NCBI RefSeq assembly: GCF_001194135.2
Contig: NC_068989.1
Span: 4,151,240 to 4,215,239 of the forward strand
DNA length: 64,000 bases
Direction of reading: 5' to 3'
Source of the DNA: Octopus bimaculoides
Taxonomy: Eukaryota
Every line of letters starts with the position of its first letter. Positions within the stretch are counted from its first letter, which is position 1. A model generated the notes under the pieces. That model was not told the origin of the DNA, searched no databases, and saw only the letters and a list, made by a program, of their open reading frames with translations. A program made the position numbers and the translations under genes. Positions 13,236 to 26,727 of the stretch are shown in pieces.

Positions 13236-14514
13236 AATAATTTCTTGTCATTTAAGATGTTAGAATGGTAGAATTGTTAAGAAAGGTCAAATCCTGGCGT
13301 GGCTGATATTTTGTATAATTCTTGTCTCCCAGAGTCGATAAAATAAGCATCGACCAAGCAGTGGGTTGACCTAATAAATTGTACCCCTTCTCTTAAAGTT
13401 CATGGTTTTCTATATTTATTCCAATTCATTATCCCCTGTGAGCATAATAAAATACATTAAAAGTACGAAGATACAAGATTTCTCTACCAATAAATACCCT
13501 GTCTGCTTCGACCAGTTACAAGCGTCTGATAGCTTCAACAGAATACGAGGCTAGTGAACCTTATTCTCAATCTCAACATTCTACTAATGCAACAATTCTC
13601 AGACGTTCAATAATTGCTAAAATATTGCATATAGCTGTATTACCATTCTCTCATAGTCGACCCTTATCTCATTTTCAAGACAGACGTTTTCTCCTTATAT
13701 TTTTCTACCATCATATCCTGCTTGGTTTTGTCAGAAATACTAATGCGAAATTTGTTTTCCTCGACGAGAATGTTTTAGTAGCCTATTCCATCCTTAAACT
13801 GAGAAATGTAAAAGCATTAGAAGAGAGAAAAGTAGTCATGTCCGAGAGAAGACATTAAAAAACCGACAGAAATTCTGATAGAAATTGTTTAGCTTTATTT
13901 TGCTTTTACTAACGTATTTTATGTTAGATTTCAATATATCGGTGATGAAAGGCAAATGTTGCGACACACTCGATCGACAAAAACCTCAATATGTTTCAGA
14001 AAACATTGAGAAACGAATTGAGGATTATTAAACCATTAACAAATTATTGATAAATAGATAGGCGTCCCAAAACGTTGAGATTAATTTCAAATCTCTCACA
14101 AGAGATTAAAATAGATTACAACTCAAGCATTGCTTAAAATAGAGTAAAATACATGACTAGAATTATATGTTATTTCCTTCTATTTGATGGGTGAACTAAG
14201 ATTGACCGATAAACACGGGTTTGCCAACGTATACATTGCAATGCAGACGGGCAAAGCGTAGTGAACTCGCAAATTTTATGCACTTTCCATGAATATCTCT
14301 GCAAATAATTATTAAACGATCAGTTTTAATTCATTAATCGTTTTAACTTTGCCTGATTATACTTCAAATTGATAGTATCTGAGTCATTTTGGTATCGTAA
14401 TTGTCTACCAATCACTTATATATTTTTACCCCAAACTAGTCAGGCTCTCTGCGACTCATCTAAGTTTGACTGTGTACGGGCATATGTATGTGGGTGCATA
14501 TGTGCAAGCATGCG

Positions 14515-14557
<43 letters not shown>

Positions 14558-14604
14558 GTATATCTATCTATCTATATACATACATATATATATGTATATA
14601 TATA

Positions 14605-14639
<35 letters not shown>

Positions 14640-15837
14640 NNNNNNNNNNNNNNNNNNNNNNNNNNNNNNNNNNNNNNNNNNNNNNNNNNNNNNNNNNNNN
14701 NNNNNNNNNNNNNNNNNNNNNNNNNNNNNNNNNNNNNNNNNNNNNNNNNNNNNNNNNNNNNNNNNNNNNNNNNNNNNNAGATATCATGTGATCGGTGAGC
14801 ACTAAATCTCCTTTTGAAACTTAAAACCAGGGAAGTATTTCACATGTGAAACAGCAGATGACTGCAGAACTCACCCCCGCCCACCTCGATAATGAAATTG
14901 ATCAGGCGTTTGTGCATTTCACTTCCGGGGAAAGGGCAAACCTTCCGCTGAGATGGTTCCTTAATCATAATAATTATTTAACGTTTGCGTTTTATAGATA
15001 CAAAAAAAATATGCTTTTGAGGTCGACCATAAAGTTTACACAGAATTAAATGTTCATATTAACTAATGCTTCATTCTCTTTCAAGCCATTTTCAAATGCG
15101 TTCTCCTAAAATTCCTGGAGAGCAAGGCTCTCTCACTGGATGTTATATTTCCACATCAACAATTAACCTGCCAATTTTCACCTTAATGACTTTTCCATTA
15201 ATTACAAATAATTTCGATTATTTATAGGGATAACTTCAACACCTGTTGTGTATCTAAAATCTGAAGGGTTTATTTTGTACTTAGCATGCATTAAACGTAT
15301 TTTATGATGAAGAACGAACCAATCGTTTATATATACCAGTAAATATATTTGCAATACGCAAATTCATAAAATCGCAATACGCACATCTGGTTTGTCTTCC
15401 GTTTACATTTTCTGAGTTTTCTTTTTTTTATTTTTTGGCTTTTAAGCTGCAATGAGAGAAATAAACAATCGATCAAAAGAAAAAAGGAAAAAAAAAATAT
15501 GAATGATAATATTAATGGGATTGTACCCAAAATACTGAAATTATAAATCCCAAAACCTGGAATATGTCCAAAGAGAGAAATCTTTAAATCCATAAATTAA
15601 GAATAAAACGGAAAAGAGTGAGCATCAGATGGGGAAAATCGATTTATCTTACTGTAGCAATCAATCAGAAGACAAAAACCAAAACCAGATGTGGTGCAAT
15701 GAAGTAGACCGAGATTTTCGTGAGGGTTTCGCAGTAAATTAGTGTCACTTTATATAGCTCAATCTAAATTTAGATATTCTGTTTTGTAATTTGGCTCGTG
15801 TGTTAGTCTGTTTTCTGTTTCTTTTCCCCCCGACAAG

Positions 15838-15900
15838 CATGGCTGCGGGGTTTAGGGGGCTGCTTTGCAATCACGTTGGCTTCGTTATGCGGCAACATGG
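15838..15900 (+). CDS. Candidate 63-nt internal or start-containing exon of an unidentified host gene
   Basis: Pyrimidine tract TCTGTTTTCTGTTTCTTTTCCCCCC then AAG acceptor; perfect donor GG|GTAAGT; GC-rich. Open in two frames: MAAGFRGLLCNHVGFVMRQH or WLRGLGGCFAITLASLCGNM. No recognisable homology. Confidence 0.4.
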
Positions 15901-15976
15901 GTAAGTCTCTTCTATTATGGTTTGTGAGTGAATTTGGTAGACGGAAACTGCTTGGAAACCCGTTCTATGCATATAC

Positions 15977-16038
<62 letters not shown>

Positions 16039-16468
16039 NNNNNNNNNNNNNNNNNNNNNNNNNNNNNNNNNNNNNNNNNNNNNNNNNNNNNNNNNNNNNN
16101 NNNNNNNNNNNNNNNNNNNNNNNNNNNNNNNNNNNNNNNNNNNNNNNNNNNNNNNNNNNNNNNNNNNNNNNNNNNNNNNNNNNNNNNNNNNNNNNNNNNN
16201 NNNNNNNNNNNNNNNNNNNNNNNNNNNNNNNNNNNNNNNNNNNNNNNNNNNNNNNNNNNNNNNNNNNNNNNNNNNNNNNNNNNNNNNNNNNNNNNNNNNN
16301 NNNNNNNNNNNNNNNNNNNNNNNNNNNNNNNNNNNNNNNNNNNNNNNNNNNNNNNNNNNNNNNNNNNNNNNNNNNNNNNNNNNNNNNNNNNNNNNNNNNN
16401 NNNNNNNNNNNNNNNNNNNNNAGACAGACTGGCATAATTGGTAGAGCGGTAAACAACAGATCTTACAC

Positions 16469-16682
16469 TAGGAGGGGGTGCTGAAAAGTTTGTGCTTCCA
16501 AAGGTTTGACGAAAGACCTGGCGAGAGGCCAAACTTTACGAGTTCTTTAACAGTACTTAGAAAAACGGAAGTAAAGGTGCAATAAGTGTGAGAATACGAG
16601 AGGGGAATATGTATTTTCATTTACCCCTCCTTCCTGTATTTTCATATACTCAACGCCAGGAACTTTTCGGCACCACGTCGTT
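16469..16682 (+). mobile_element. Mariner-derived MITE
   Basis: Imperfect TIRs GGAGGGGGTGCTGAAAAGTT / AACTTTTCGGCACCACGTCG (16/20) with TA at the left end. The internal remnant RCNKC..RGEYV resembles the mariner transposase C-terminus. Confidence 0.7.
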
Positions 16683-17306
16683 TGACTCAGTCAAAGATCA
16701 AATTCTGCAGCGGTCGATTTCATCCAACCATCCCTAAGGATTTGGATACAATAAGGGCAAAGGAAAATCTCGATCTGTTCGACTACATTTCTCGTTCTTT
16801 CAGAAATTATAATGTAGTTAATATTATTATGTATGTTTGGCCTGAAGTCGGTTTCTCCTTCAGAAGAGCCATGATGAATTCGATAAACGCATTCAAACCA
16901 GGCCAATTCTGTCTGGAGATATACATACATACATACATACATACATACATACATACGTACGTACATACATACATACATATGGATGGGGGTAAGTATGTGT
17001 TAGATGAATATGAATGCATGCATATATGTACGTGTGTGCGTGTATGTCTGCGTATACATATATATATATATGTACACATATATTTGTATGTATATATATA
17101 TATACATATACGTGTACATACATATGTGTGTGTGTATATATATATATATATATAGATGCATGCATGTATACATATACCATGCCATGTATATGCATGCATA
17201 TGCTTATCTCATTTTGCGTTTTTACGCGTATATACATGTTTGTGTGCGTTCATATTAACGATATAGTCTTCTTTAACCCGTTCACTCTCCTTCTCTGTCT
17301 CACTTA

Positions 17307-17408
<102 letters not shown>

Positions 17409-17512
17409 TTCTGTCTCTTAATATACCCACATTCACGCGCATAACATATATAGATAAATCTAGATATAATAGCCTCCTCTCACTCTCTCACTCACACACA
17501 CTCTGTTTCATA

Positions 17513-17563
<51 letters not shown>

Positions 17564-17564
17564 T

Positions 17565-17605
<41 letters not shown>

Positions 17606-17633
17606 ACATACATACATACATACATACATGCAC

Positions 17634-17664
<31 letters not shown>

Positions 17665-18002
17665 AACACACATACATATACTTATAACAGCAGCTGTCGC
17701 GAAAGGAGTGAATGCGCTGTTAATGTCAATTCAATTAGCGCCTCAGGCGGTGATGTGCCTCGACTGCCGAGCAAATAAATGGATACTTAACTCCCACCAG
17801 ACTGTCGATATGAATAAACAACAGACGAGCACATGGAAAAGTATGACGCTCTACTGATTCTGATCTTGAAACAACCATAGAACATTGAAGCGTTCCCACA
17901 ACACCTTCCTAACAGAAATGACAACTTCCTTGAATATTATCCAACTGCTTCGCAAAAGGAGAAATATATTGGATGATATTGCTGTTTATGTTGCTATTGC
18001 TA

Positions 18003-18304
18003 GTGGAGGCGCAATGGCCCTGTGGTTAGGGCAGCGGACTCGTGGTCATAGGATCGCGGTTCCGATTCCCAGACCGGGCGCTGTGACTGTTTATTGAGCG
18101 AAAATACCTAAAGTCCTCGAGGCCCCGGCAGGGGATGGTGGCGGACCCTGCTGTACTCTTTCACCACAACTTTCTCTCACTCTTTCTTCCTGCTTCTGTT
18201 GTGCCTGTATTTCAAAGGGTCAGCCTTGTCACACTGTGTCACGCTGAATATCACCGAGAACTACGTTAAGGGTACACGTGTCTGTGGAGTGCTCAGCCAC
18301 TTGT
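18003..18304 (+). mobile_element. tRNA-derived SINE, family C (runs into a gap)
   Basis: GCAATGGCCCTGTGGTTAGGGCAGCGGACTCG...GGTTCCGATTCCC head. The body is shared with 57766-57960 and the tail with 38520-38680. Confidence 0.8.
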
Positions 18305-19058
18305 NNNNNNNNNNNNNNNNNNNNNNNNNNNNNNNNNNNNNNNNNNNNNNNNNNNNNNNNNNNNNNNNNNNNNNNNNNNNNNNNNNNNNNNNNNNNNNNN
18401 NNNNNNNNNNNNNNNNNNNNNNNNNNNNNNNNNNNNNNNNNNNNNNNNNNNNNNNNNNNNNNNNNNNNNNNNNNNNNNNNNNNNNNNNNNNNNNNNNNNN
18501 NNNNNNNNNNNNNNNNNNNNNNNNNNNNNNNNNNNNNNNNNNNNNNNNNNNNNNNNNNNNNNNNNNNNNNNNNNNNNNNNNNNNNNNNNNNNNNNNNNNN
18601 NNNNNNNNNNNNNNNNGGCCAAGATGACCACCCCAGCTTCAGAAAAATCAGCAAACCTGAAAGGCTTTGGTACCAAAGGTTCTGCAAAATCGACGTTGTA
18701 TCTCTACCAGTAATACACGTGGGTTCAGCACAGTCAAGTTCATCAAATCTGCGATACAAAATTGGGAAACTGGTAATGCGCAGAGTGAATGAAAATCAAT
18801 ACTACTGTTAGATACAAATGAAATTACTATTTCGTGTCCTTGTTCTCATAAATTTGGCGATGATGTAGAAGTGATGATGGCCACATTGGGGAATTAGTGA
18901 TGTAGCAGTAGCCAGAGGGGAATGGTGTTCTGTGGTAGTAGTTTTGTGTGTTGTTGGTGTTTTTGTTCTTTAGCCACGGTCATTTAGAAATCGGTAGATA
19001 TATGATCAGAGGCGCTCCAGATGTGACCATCTTTATACGAAAAATACATTAGACAGAC

Positions 19059-19101
<43 letters not shown>

Positions 19102-19619
19102 NNNNNNNNNNNNNNNNNNNNNNNNNNNNNNNNNNNNNNNNNNNNNNNNNNNNNNNNNNNNNNNNNNNNNNNNNNNNNNNNNNNNNNNNNNNNNNNNNNN
19201 NNNNNNNNNNNNNNNNNNNNNNNNNNNNNNNNNNNNNNNNNNNNNNNNNNNNNNNNNNNNNNNNNNNNNNNNNNNNNNNNNNNNNNNNNNNNNNNNNNNN
19301 NNNNNNNNNNNNNNNNNNNNNNNNNNNNNNNNNNNNNNNNNNNNNNNNNNNNNNNNNNNNNNNNNNNNNNNNNNNNNNNNNNNNNNNNNNNNNNNNNNNN
19401 NNNNNNNNNNNNNNNNNNNNNNNNNNNNNNNNNNNNNNNNNNNNNNNNNNNNNNNNNNNNNNNNNNNNNNNNNNNNNNNNNNNNNNNNNNNNNNNNNNNN
19501 NNNNNNNGATATAAGTGATCGTGGGCGGATTGGTCGGTTGGTAGAATCAAGCGGCGCTTCTAAGTATATTTGTAGTGGCAGGGACTTGAAAGTAAGCAGT
19601 AGCGGCAGCACGAGTTAGC

Positions 19620-19620
19620 G

Positions 19621-19686
<66 letters not shown>

Positions 19687-19779
19687 TACGGAAAAGAGCA
19701 ATAACCTGCAGGAAGTCAAGAGTTGAAAACTGAATCTGCACCAACACCACCGCCAACAACAACAACAACAACAACACTG

Positions 19780-19829
<50 letters not shown>

Positions 19830-19898
19830 CGTCATCACTAGCAGCAACAGCTGAAACAAAGGCAACAGCAGTAGCAATTAACCGCTTTAACTGTATTG

Positions 19899-19933
<35 letters not shown>

Positions 19934-20238
19934 GTCGTCGTCATCGTCGTCATTATCATCATCATCAACAGCAGCAACAACAACAGCAGCCACGGCGACG
20001 GCAGCTACAACATGAGACACCTCTGCTAGAAGTACACCGACAACACAAGCAGCAGCAGCAGCAGCAGCAACGACGTCATCTGCAGCAGACACAATATCTT
20101 CAGCAGCAGCAGTAGCAGCAGCTACAGCGACATCTCCAAGGACAACTCCACATTTCTAAACGGCAAATGTGTGGTAGTAGTTGTAGCACAGGCACAATCA
20201 TTAGCACCATCATCATCATCATCATCATTAGCATAATG

Positions 20239-20280
<42 letters not shown>

Positions 20281-20340
20281 CAAATCCTAGCATCATCATC
20301 ATCATCGGCATCATCGTCATCATCATTATCATCATTTTCA
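19620..20340. repeat. Compound trinucleotide tract (CAG, TAG, AAC, GAT, CAT, AAT)
   Basis: Direct inspection. Confidence 0.9.
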
Positions 20341-20359
20341 GTATTATTGAGGTTGGCAA

Positions 20360-21500
20360 GTGTAGAGTAAGGTAAGACAGATTAGGTATGTACCTGGGTT
20401 AATATCGGGTAACGTGGGTTTAGGCAAAGAGAAATACGAAAGGTAATACAAGGGTATGATGATTTAAATTGTGTTAAGGGGTATCTGGGGTAACATGGGG
20501 TAACGTATGTAAAGCAGTGGAAATTAACTTGGGTAAATGTAGGGTACGGTAAATCATGCTTGGTATGTAGCGTAACAGGGTGGAACGTAGCGGGGACGGA
20601 AATTACGTCAGGTAAGTCTAAAGTAAGATGCGGTTAATCATATTTGGTATGGGTAATAAGGTGTGAAAGTGATGGGTAAGGTAAGTTAGTTTAGAGTAAG
20701 TAATGTAACGTAGGGCAAGGTAAACTGAGGTGGAGAAGTCTCGAGTAAAAAGGTGTAATTTAAAACAGGATAAGGTAAAGTGAGGTTGAATAGGAACAAC
20801 AATATTTAGTAAGGTAGATTAAACGTTATTGATGGGTAGTAAAACAGGGTAGATATGGTAAGATAAAGGTAAATTAATGGAGGGAGGTAGGGTAATTTCG
20901 GGTATGGTAGGGTAATTTATGGTTTAGGACATTGGTTCCCAATGAAAATAATGTGAGACAATGATTTTAAATTTAGGTACAACACCGGTAAATTTAAGAG
21001 GAGAAGCTTAGTCGCTACAAATGACCGAGTACTTGACTTGTACAGTGGTTCCCAAAGTGGACGGTATTGCCCCTATGAGGGCAGGCGAAAGTTGAAGGAA
21101 AGTGTTGAAGAAAAGTGGAGTGATAATGGGGTAGCGATTCGTGTAAAAACAACAAATAATGGGTTCATTAGGTTAAGTTTTATTTGTGAAATACAGTTGC
21201 TTTGAATTTGCTTCAGAAAGAGGTCTATGTTTGCGATGGTTAGTTGGGGCGCTAGGAATGTGTAAGGGGTGTAAAGGGGGCGGCATCATCCAAAAGTTTG
21301 GGAACTACTGGTTTAGGGTACTGTAAGGTATGGTAATACGGAAGAGTTAAAGAGAAGTAAATTAAAGTAATTTCGAAATGGATACGCTGGGTTACGTTAA
21401 GTTGAGATTTTGTAAATTAGAGCTAGCTAGGGCCGTATAATCTATGGCAGGGTCAGTTAAGTTGAGATAAACTAAGATAATATTTAAAGCAATCCTAAGG
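20360..21500 (+). repeat. Decayed (GGTAA/GGGTA)-type pentamer tract interrupted by a SINE fragment and the hAT MITE
   Basis: Roughly two dozen or more GTAA motifs in 20360-20930 with strong G/T strand bias; the tract resumes after 21311. Confidence 0.6.
21043..21310. mobile_element. hAT (Charlie-like) MITE
   Basis: TIRs CAGTGGTTCCCAAA / TTTGGGAACTACTG (13/14); 268 bp non-coding. The 8-bp TSD is not conserved. Confidence 0.65.
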
Positions 21501-21504
21501 CAGC

Positions 21505-21705
21505 GAGGTGACACAATCATTAACATTCCGGACAAAATGCTTAGCAGCATTTCGTTTATTTATATTCTGAGTTCAAATTCTACCGAGGCCGACTTTGCCT
21601 CTCGAGGTCACTAAAATAAGTACCAGTTGATCATTGGGGTTCGATGTAATCGACTTATCCTCTTCGCCAAAGTTGCTGGCCTTGTGCTGAAACTGAAATG
21701 AATAT
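21505..21705 (+). mobile_element. SINE family B
   Basis: TTCTGAGTTCAAATTCTACCGAGGCCGACTTTGCC...AATAAGTACCAGTTG...GATGTAATCGACTTA. Confidence 0.75.
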
Positions 21706-22415
21706 TCGTTAATATTAAGTAAGGTTGTATGTCATAGGATAATGCATGATAAATGAAGTTGAGGTAAGGCAAGTTCTGTCATCATTGGATTGTCATCAAT
21801 AGAACTACATCAGCCGCTACGAGTTCCACCTACGCCACCGATACGTTTGAAGGGATTCTGCTTTTCTGATCTAAAAATTTCGACATAAGAAAATGCTGCA
21901 TCGGAAGTGATGTTCGTTACAAAAAGAGGAACGTCAGCTGGAACAATAATTTCTACAATGGTGTGTGTGTGTTTGAAATATAAGCAGCAGCAACAACGCC
22001 AACAGATATTAAAATAAAAATGAACGGCAAAACTACTACTACAACCATTACCAACAACAACAACAAAATCAACAACAGCAATCAATGCAAATTTATGTAC
22101 GTATATTGATGTTGGACTAAAATAACTACAGCAGAAGCTAAAGCAACAACAGTCAAAACATGAGCACTAGCAGCAACAGCAACAGCAGCAGCAGTAATTA
22201 TATCTACAACAACAATAATGAAGAGAGAAAAAGAAAGATAATGCCGTAGGCAAATATAGCGGCAAAGAAAACAGAAAGAAACAAGATATGTTCTCTGGTT
22301 TAGGTAGAATTTCAGATGAATCAACTGTGTTTTGTGTAGGTTAAACAGGTCACTAACAGCTTGTAAAAGCCATAAATCCTCAACTGGTGTTTATGTTTAC
22401 ATATACATACATACA

Positions 22416-22446
<31 letters not shown>

Positions 22447-22448
22447 CG

Positions 22449-22479
<31 letters not shown>

Positions 22480-22490
22480 TAGATAGATAG

Positions 22491-22538
<48 letters not shown>

Positions 22539-22645
22539 GTATAAATGTATGTACATGTACATGACTGTATATATGCATATACAAACATGTTTTATAAATA
22601 TATTGTACACCATTTTAAAATACGATCACAAATGAAGTTTATAAT

Positions 22646-22724
22646 TTACTACAGCTGTTTCGTTAGAATGTTATTGATATATTTATAGATTATATCATAG
22701 CATAATTCCACCATCTTCAGGTAA
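22646..22724 (-). ncRNA. Type I hammerhead ribozyme with long stem II
   Basis: On the reverse strand: stem I UUAC/GUAA; CUGAAGA-U; long interrupted stem II including UGAUAUA/UAUAUCA; GAA; perfect palindrome ACAGCUGU; GUA triplet. Confidence 0.8.
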
Positions 22725-22806
22725 CACTTTAAACAAGCATAAACATGCAAGATAAAAGCATTCAATGATGGTCTATCTTATCCAAGAAACAAAATTATAT
22801 AAACTT

Positions 22807-22843
<37 letters not shown>

Positions 22844-23399
22844 GATTACACGCATACACAAACACACAATTATGTATAAATTTGGATATAGTTGGTCAGC
22901 TGTATACCTGATTTGTATTCTCGAAGTTTATAATCGACAGTATTATATTACTGGTATTACAAGTGTGTCTGACAAAAGGCAACGGAATATTTTGTCTCCG
23001 GCACTTTATATTCCGAGTTCAAATTTGGCTGTTTTACTGGTACTTTATTTTATCGATCCTGATGCCAAAACAAAATCGATCTCGGCGTTATTTGAATTCT
23101 CTGATCAAATATAACTGGGAAATACTGGTCTTTTGTTCAGGCCGGAATAATTAAAATGATCTTACTCATTGACTAATATACATTCTTCGTGGGATAATTA
23201 TTTCTAATTAACTTTTTAACGACCACTGCATGGGAAATGTTACTAATAATGCTATTAAATACAGAAAATTATTAACTTCAGCAGACATTTATACGACTTT
23301 TCCGTTACTCTAACAACAACACTAAATTTAGCCGTTTACAACGGTGAGCTTAATATTTTTCTTGTAACTGGGCACAACGCCAAGTTGGAAAGGTTTTCG

Positions 23400-23406
23400 A
23401 TGATGG

Positions 23407-23448
<42 letters not shown>

Positions 23449-23890
23449 CGATGATGATGATGATAATGATGATGATGATGATGATGATGATGAAGAGGAG
23501 GAGGAAGGGAGAATAACCATGATGATGATGATGATGAAGAGAAGGAGGAAGGAGAAAATAACCATGAAGAGGAGGAGGAAGAAGGGGAGGAGAAGAGGGA
23601 TAACCATGAATATGATGATGATTATGACGATGATGGTGTTGATGATGATTATGATGCTAAAAATACTAAGAAATGTTGACGGAGATGAAGAGGAAGATGT
23701 GACGAGGATGATGACGATAATGTGAACGATAATAAATATGGCGACGAAGATGATGCAGACGATGATGACAAACGAAAGGAAACTCCGGAAAAAGAGGAGC
23801 AGGAAAATAGTGACGATAACGTTGTTGATGATTATGATGATGATGATGATGATGACAACGAAGATAATGATGATGACGATGACGATATAG
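23400..23890. repeat. (GAT)n/(GAG)n-rich low-complexity tract
   Basis: Direct inspection. Confidence 0.9.
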
Positions 23891-24261
23891 TCGATTGAAT
23901 TACCTCCAGTTACTTAATTGATCAACGCAGATATGGCAACACTAAACGATTTGATTATTTGCCAACCTAGCAACCGCCATTTATTTTCTCAATGAACTAC
24001 CGAGAGGGGCCTTTGATAGAGACGGATGATAGTTTTAGACTGACCGTTAGCTTTGCTAGAAATAGCAGTTAAATTACCCGCAAATCACTCCACCCAAACA
24101 TATTTATCTTTTTTTTAATTACATAAAAAGAAATATAACGTACATAAAACTAAATTAGATCTGAAAATAAGATGGATCGGCCATGTCTAATATTTCTAAT
24201 GTATTGACAATGTTGAGCCGGATTTAACAAAAATAGCAATGGATCCGGCAAGTAAGAAGAC

Positions 24262-24550
24262 TCTGCGGTTAAGAAGATGCTTTACGAAGATATGGTCTTA
24301 GGTTGAAACCAACTAATTTCTGCTGTTACCCGGGTTTACCAGGGATTGCGCAGTGAACTTGGTAGGCGGATATTGTGCAGAAGCTTATCGTATATGCATA
24401 CATTATTTAGCCATTCGGCCCAAAGGACCGATAGAAACAGTACCAGACTTAAAAGAATATGTACTGGATTCGATTTGTTGGACTACGCCCTTCCAGACGG
24501 TGTCCCATCGTGGCCGCGGTCCAATGAGCGACACCAGTAAAACACAGAAG
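24262..24550 (+). mobile_element. SINE family A, old diverged copy
   Basis: Degenerate head, TTGGTAGGCGGA block, and GGCCGCGGTCCAATGA tail collinear with family A. Confidence 0.6.
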
Positions 24551-24897
24551 ACAAACGGTACAAGATGAAAGATAATCAATACCAAGCAACAGAATTCCGA
24601 ATCGAAAAAAAAAAGAAAGCAAATGACTATATACTTCATATGAACGCCGGCACTTTACCGTTTTTCTTCATTGCAGGTTCCACTTCCTGTAAATTAATTA
24701 AATATTTAATACAAACCCAGAGGTTTCTTCTTAAACTCCAACGTTATTATTCATTATTTAGCTTTTGTTCTATAAGAACGCCCACATTGCATGTAATTCT
24801 TTTCTTTTTGTTTTGTTTCACTTTCAAAATCGATGCGAATTCCTGTTGCTGTTGCACATCATTTTTTTTATTGATGTTGAGGTTATTATTATTATTA

Positions 24898-24940
<43 letters not shown>

Positions 24941-26681
24941 TATTATTATCATTATTATCATAGTTGTTGTTGTTGTTGTTGTTAATATTATTATTATTGG
25001 TAGTAACAGTAGTTGTGGTAGTTTATGCCGTTGCTGCTGTAGTATAAACTGAAGTTTTGTGAATTTCTTTGCTGTTCCTTTATAAATAATTGTAGGAAAA
25101 TACTCTATATGTATGTGTGTCTCTGTATGTGTGCGTGCGTATGCGCGCTTGGGTGTACATACACACACACATATATGTATAAATATATATATTCATATAT
25201 ATATATACGTGTGCGTGTGTATGTGCATATATATAAATGTATTTATATATATAGATATCCATATATATAGATATGTCTGTATGTGGGCGTGTATACATAT
25301 ATATATATATATTACATATATTTTACACATACACACACATATATATATATGCGTGGGTGTGCATACATTTTTGGTGTTTTATTTATATATGTACGTACAC
25401 AACTATGCTTATACATTTTCATATAGGTTTGTGCACTCTCTTGTATGAATGTTTGTGAGTGGAGTTTCCCTCCGTGTACATACACATGCATACCTGCACG
25501 CATATATGAAAGTTACCATGAATAAATACAGATATGTGCAAATATACGTACATAATACATACACACATATTTAAACCTATATCTCTTGTGTCAAGAGTTA
25601 TTTACTGTCTGCATCAAAGTCAAATGGGAGGGTAAAGTATAAGTAAAGCAAGTTTCATGTATAAAAATAACCATAGTGTAACTTTTTTGACCAGCCGCCA
25701 TATTCAAATCGATCTTTTATTTTAATCTAATTTCCTCAGTATTCTTCTATAACTTTTCTCCCTTTATCCGCCCCCCACATTTTTCCATCATCCATCATCC
25801 AATATGTGTGTGTTTAAGGCATAGTAAAATCTCTTGTGAAGGCGCAAGGCTCGGTGTTTAAAACATCGGACACACAATCATGGGGTAGTGAGTTCGATTC
25901 CCGGACCGTTCTGTGTGTTGTAGTCCTGAGGAAGACTTTTTATTTCCTGTTGCTCCACTTCACTCGGCTGTAGAAATGAACAGTCTTTGTGGAGTCACCC
26001 GTCAATAAGCAATACAAGTATATCATTTTTACGAGGTGAGCATGGGTCACATAGAATAAGTTGTACTATTACATAACCGTTGTTTATGTTGCAAGTGTGT
26101 CTATACCATTTATTGTTGAAACGATTGTAGCGAAGGAATAAATGTAATATCAACAACTCCATTCTTGGACCATTTAGACACACACATATATATATGTATA
26201 TATATATATATATATATATTATATGTGTGTCTGTGTGCGTGTGTGTCTGTGTGCGTGCGTGTGTGTCAGTATGTCAGTGTGCATGTGTGTGTGTGTGTCA
26301 GTATGTCAGTGTGTGTGGACGTGGGTGTGTGCGTAAAATCTCTTTTTAATCAGTCAGGCGAATAGAGTTTGACAGCTGTCGTTTCTAATGATGACATGCA
26401 ATGATGTATGAGGAGTCATTGTGATGTCGGGGTGTGTCGTGTGAGCAGCAGTGCAATCTTTTGTGTACATCAGTATGTGAGAGTGTCTGTGATTGCCCTG
26501 CGTTTGCGAGCATCACTACACGCATATGCACATATACACAAATGACGCATGGGTTCACATGAAAATGTGTGTGATATTTATAAAAAAATGTGATTCTCTT
26601 AGGAGGTGATGAAGAAGCAAATTACAAATAATATTCCCAATATTTCGTTCTTGTCACGCGCTGTTTGTACGACTCCTTTAC

Positions 26682-26727
<46 letters not shown>

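Noticed and set aside
14180-15260. Unique AT-rich blocks with homeobox-like TAAT and CCATAAA words, suggesting conserved enhancers
   Set aside because: Such short words are expected at this base composition, and the claim cannot be supported without alignments.
18003-18075. tRNA-like sequences (also 2497, 25840, 57890, 61231)
   Set aside because: They have A and B boxes but no complete cloverleaf and continue into repeat bodies. These are SINE heads, not tRNA genes.
18618-18811. Open frames immediately after a gap
   Set aside because: No recognisable domain or splice donor, and the ORF length is inflated by Ns.
26385-26500. ATGATGA C-box-like motif suggesting a C/D snoRNA
   Set aside because: No D box (CTGA) or terminal stem at a suitable distance.
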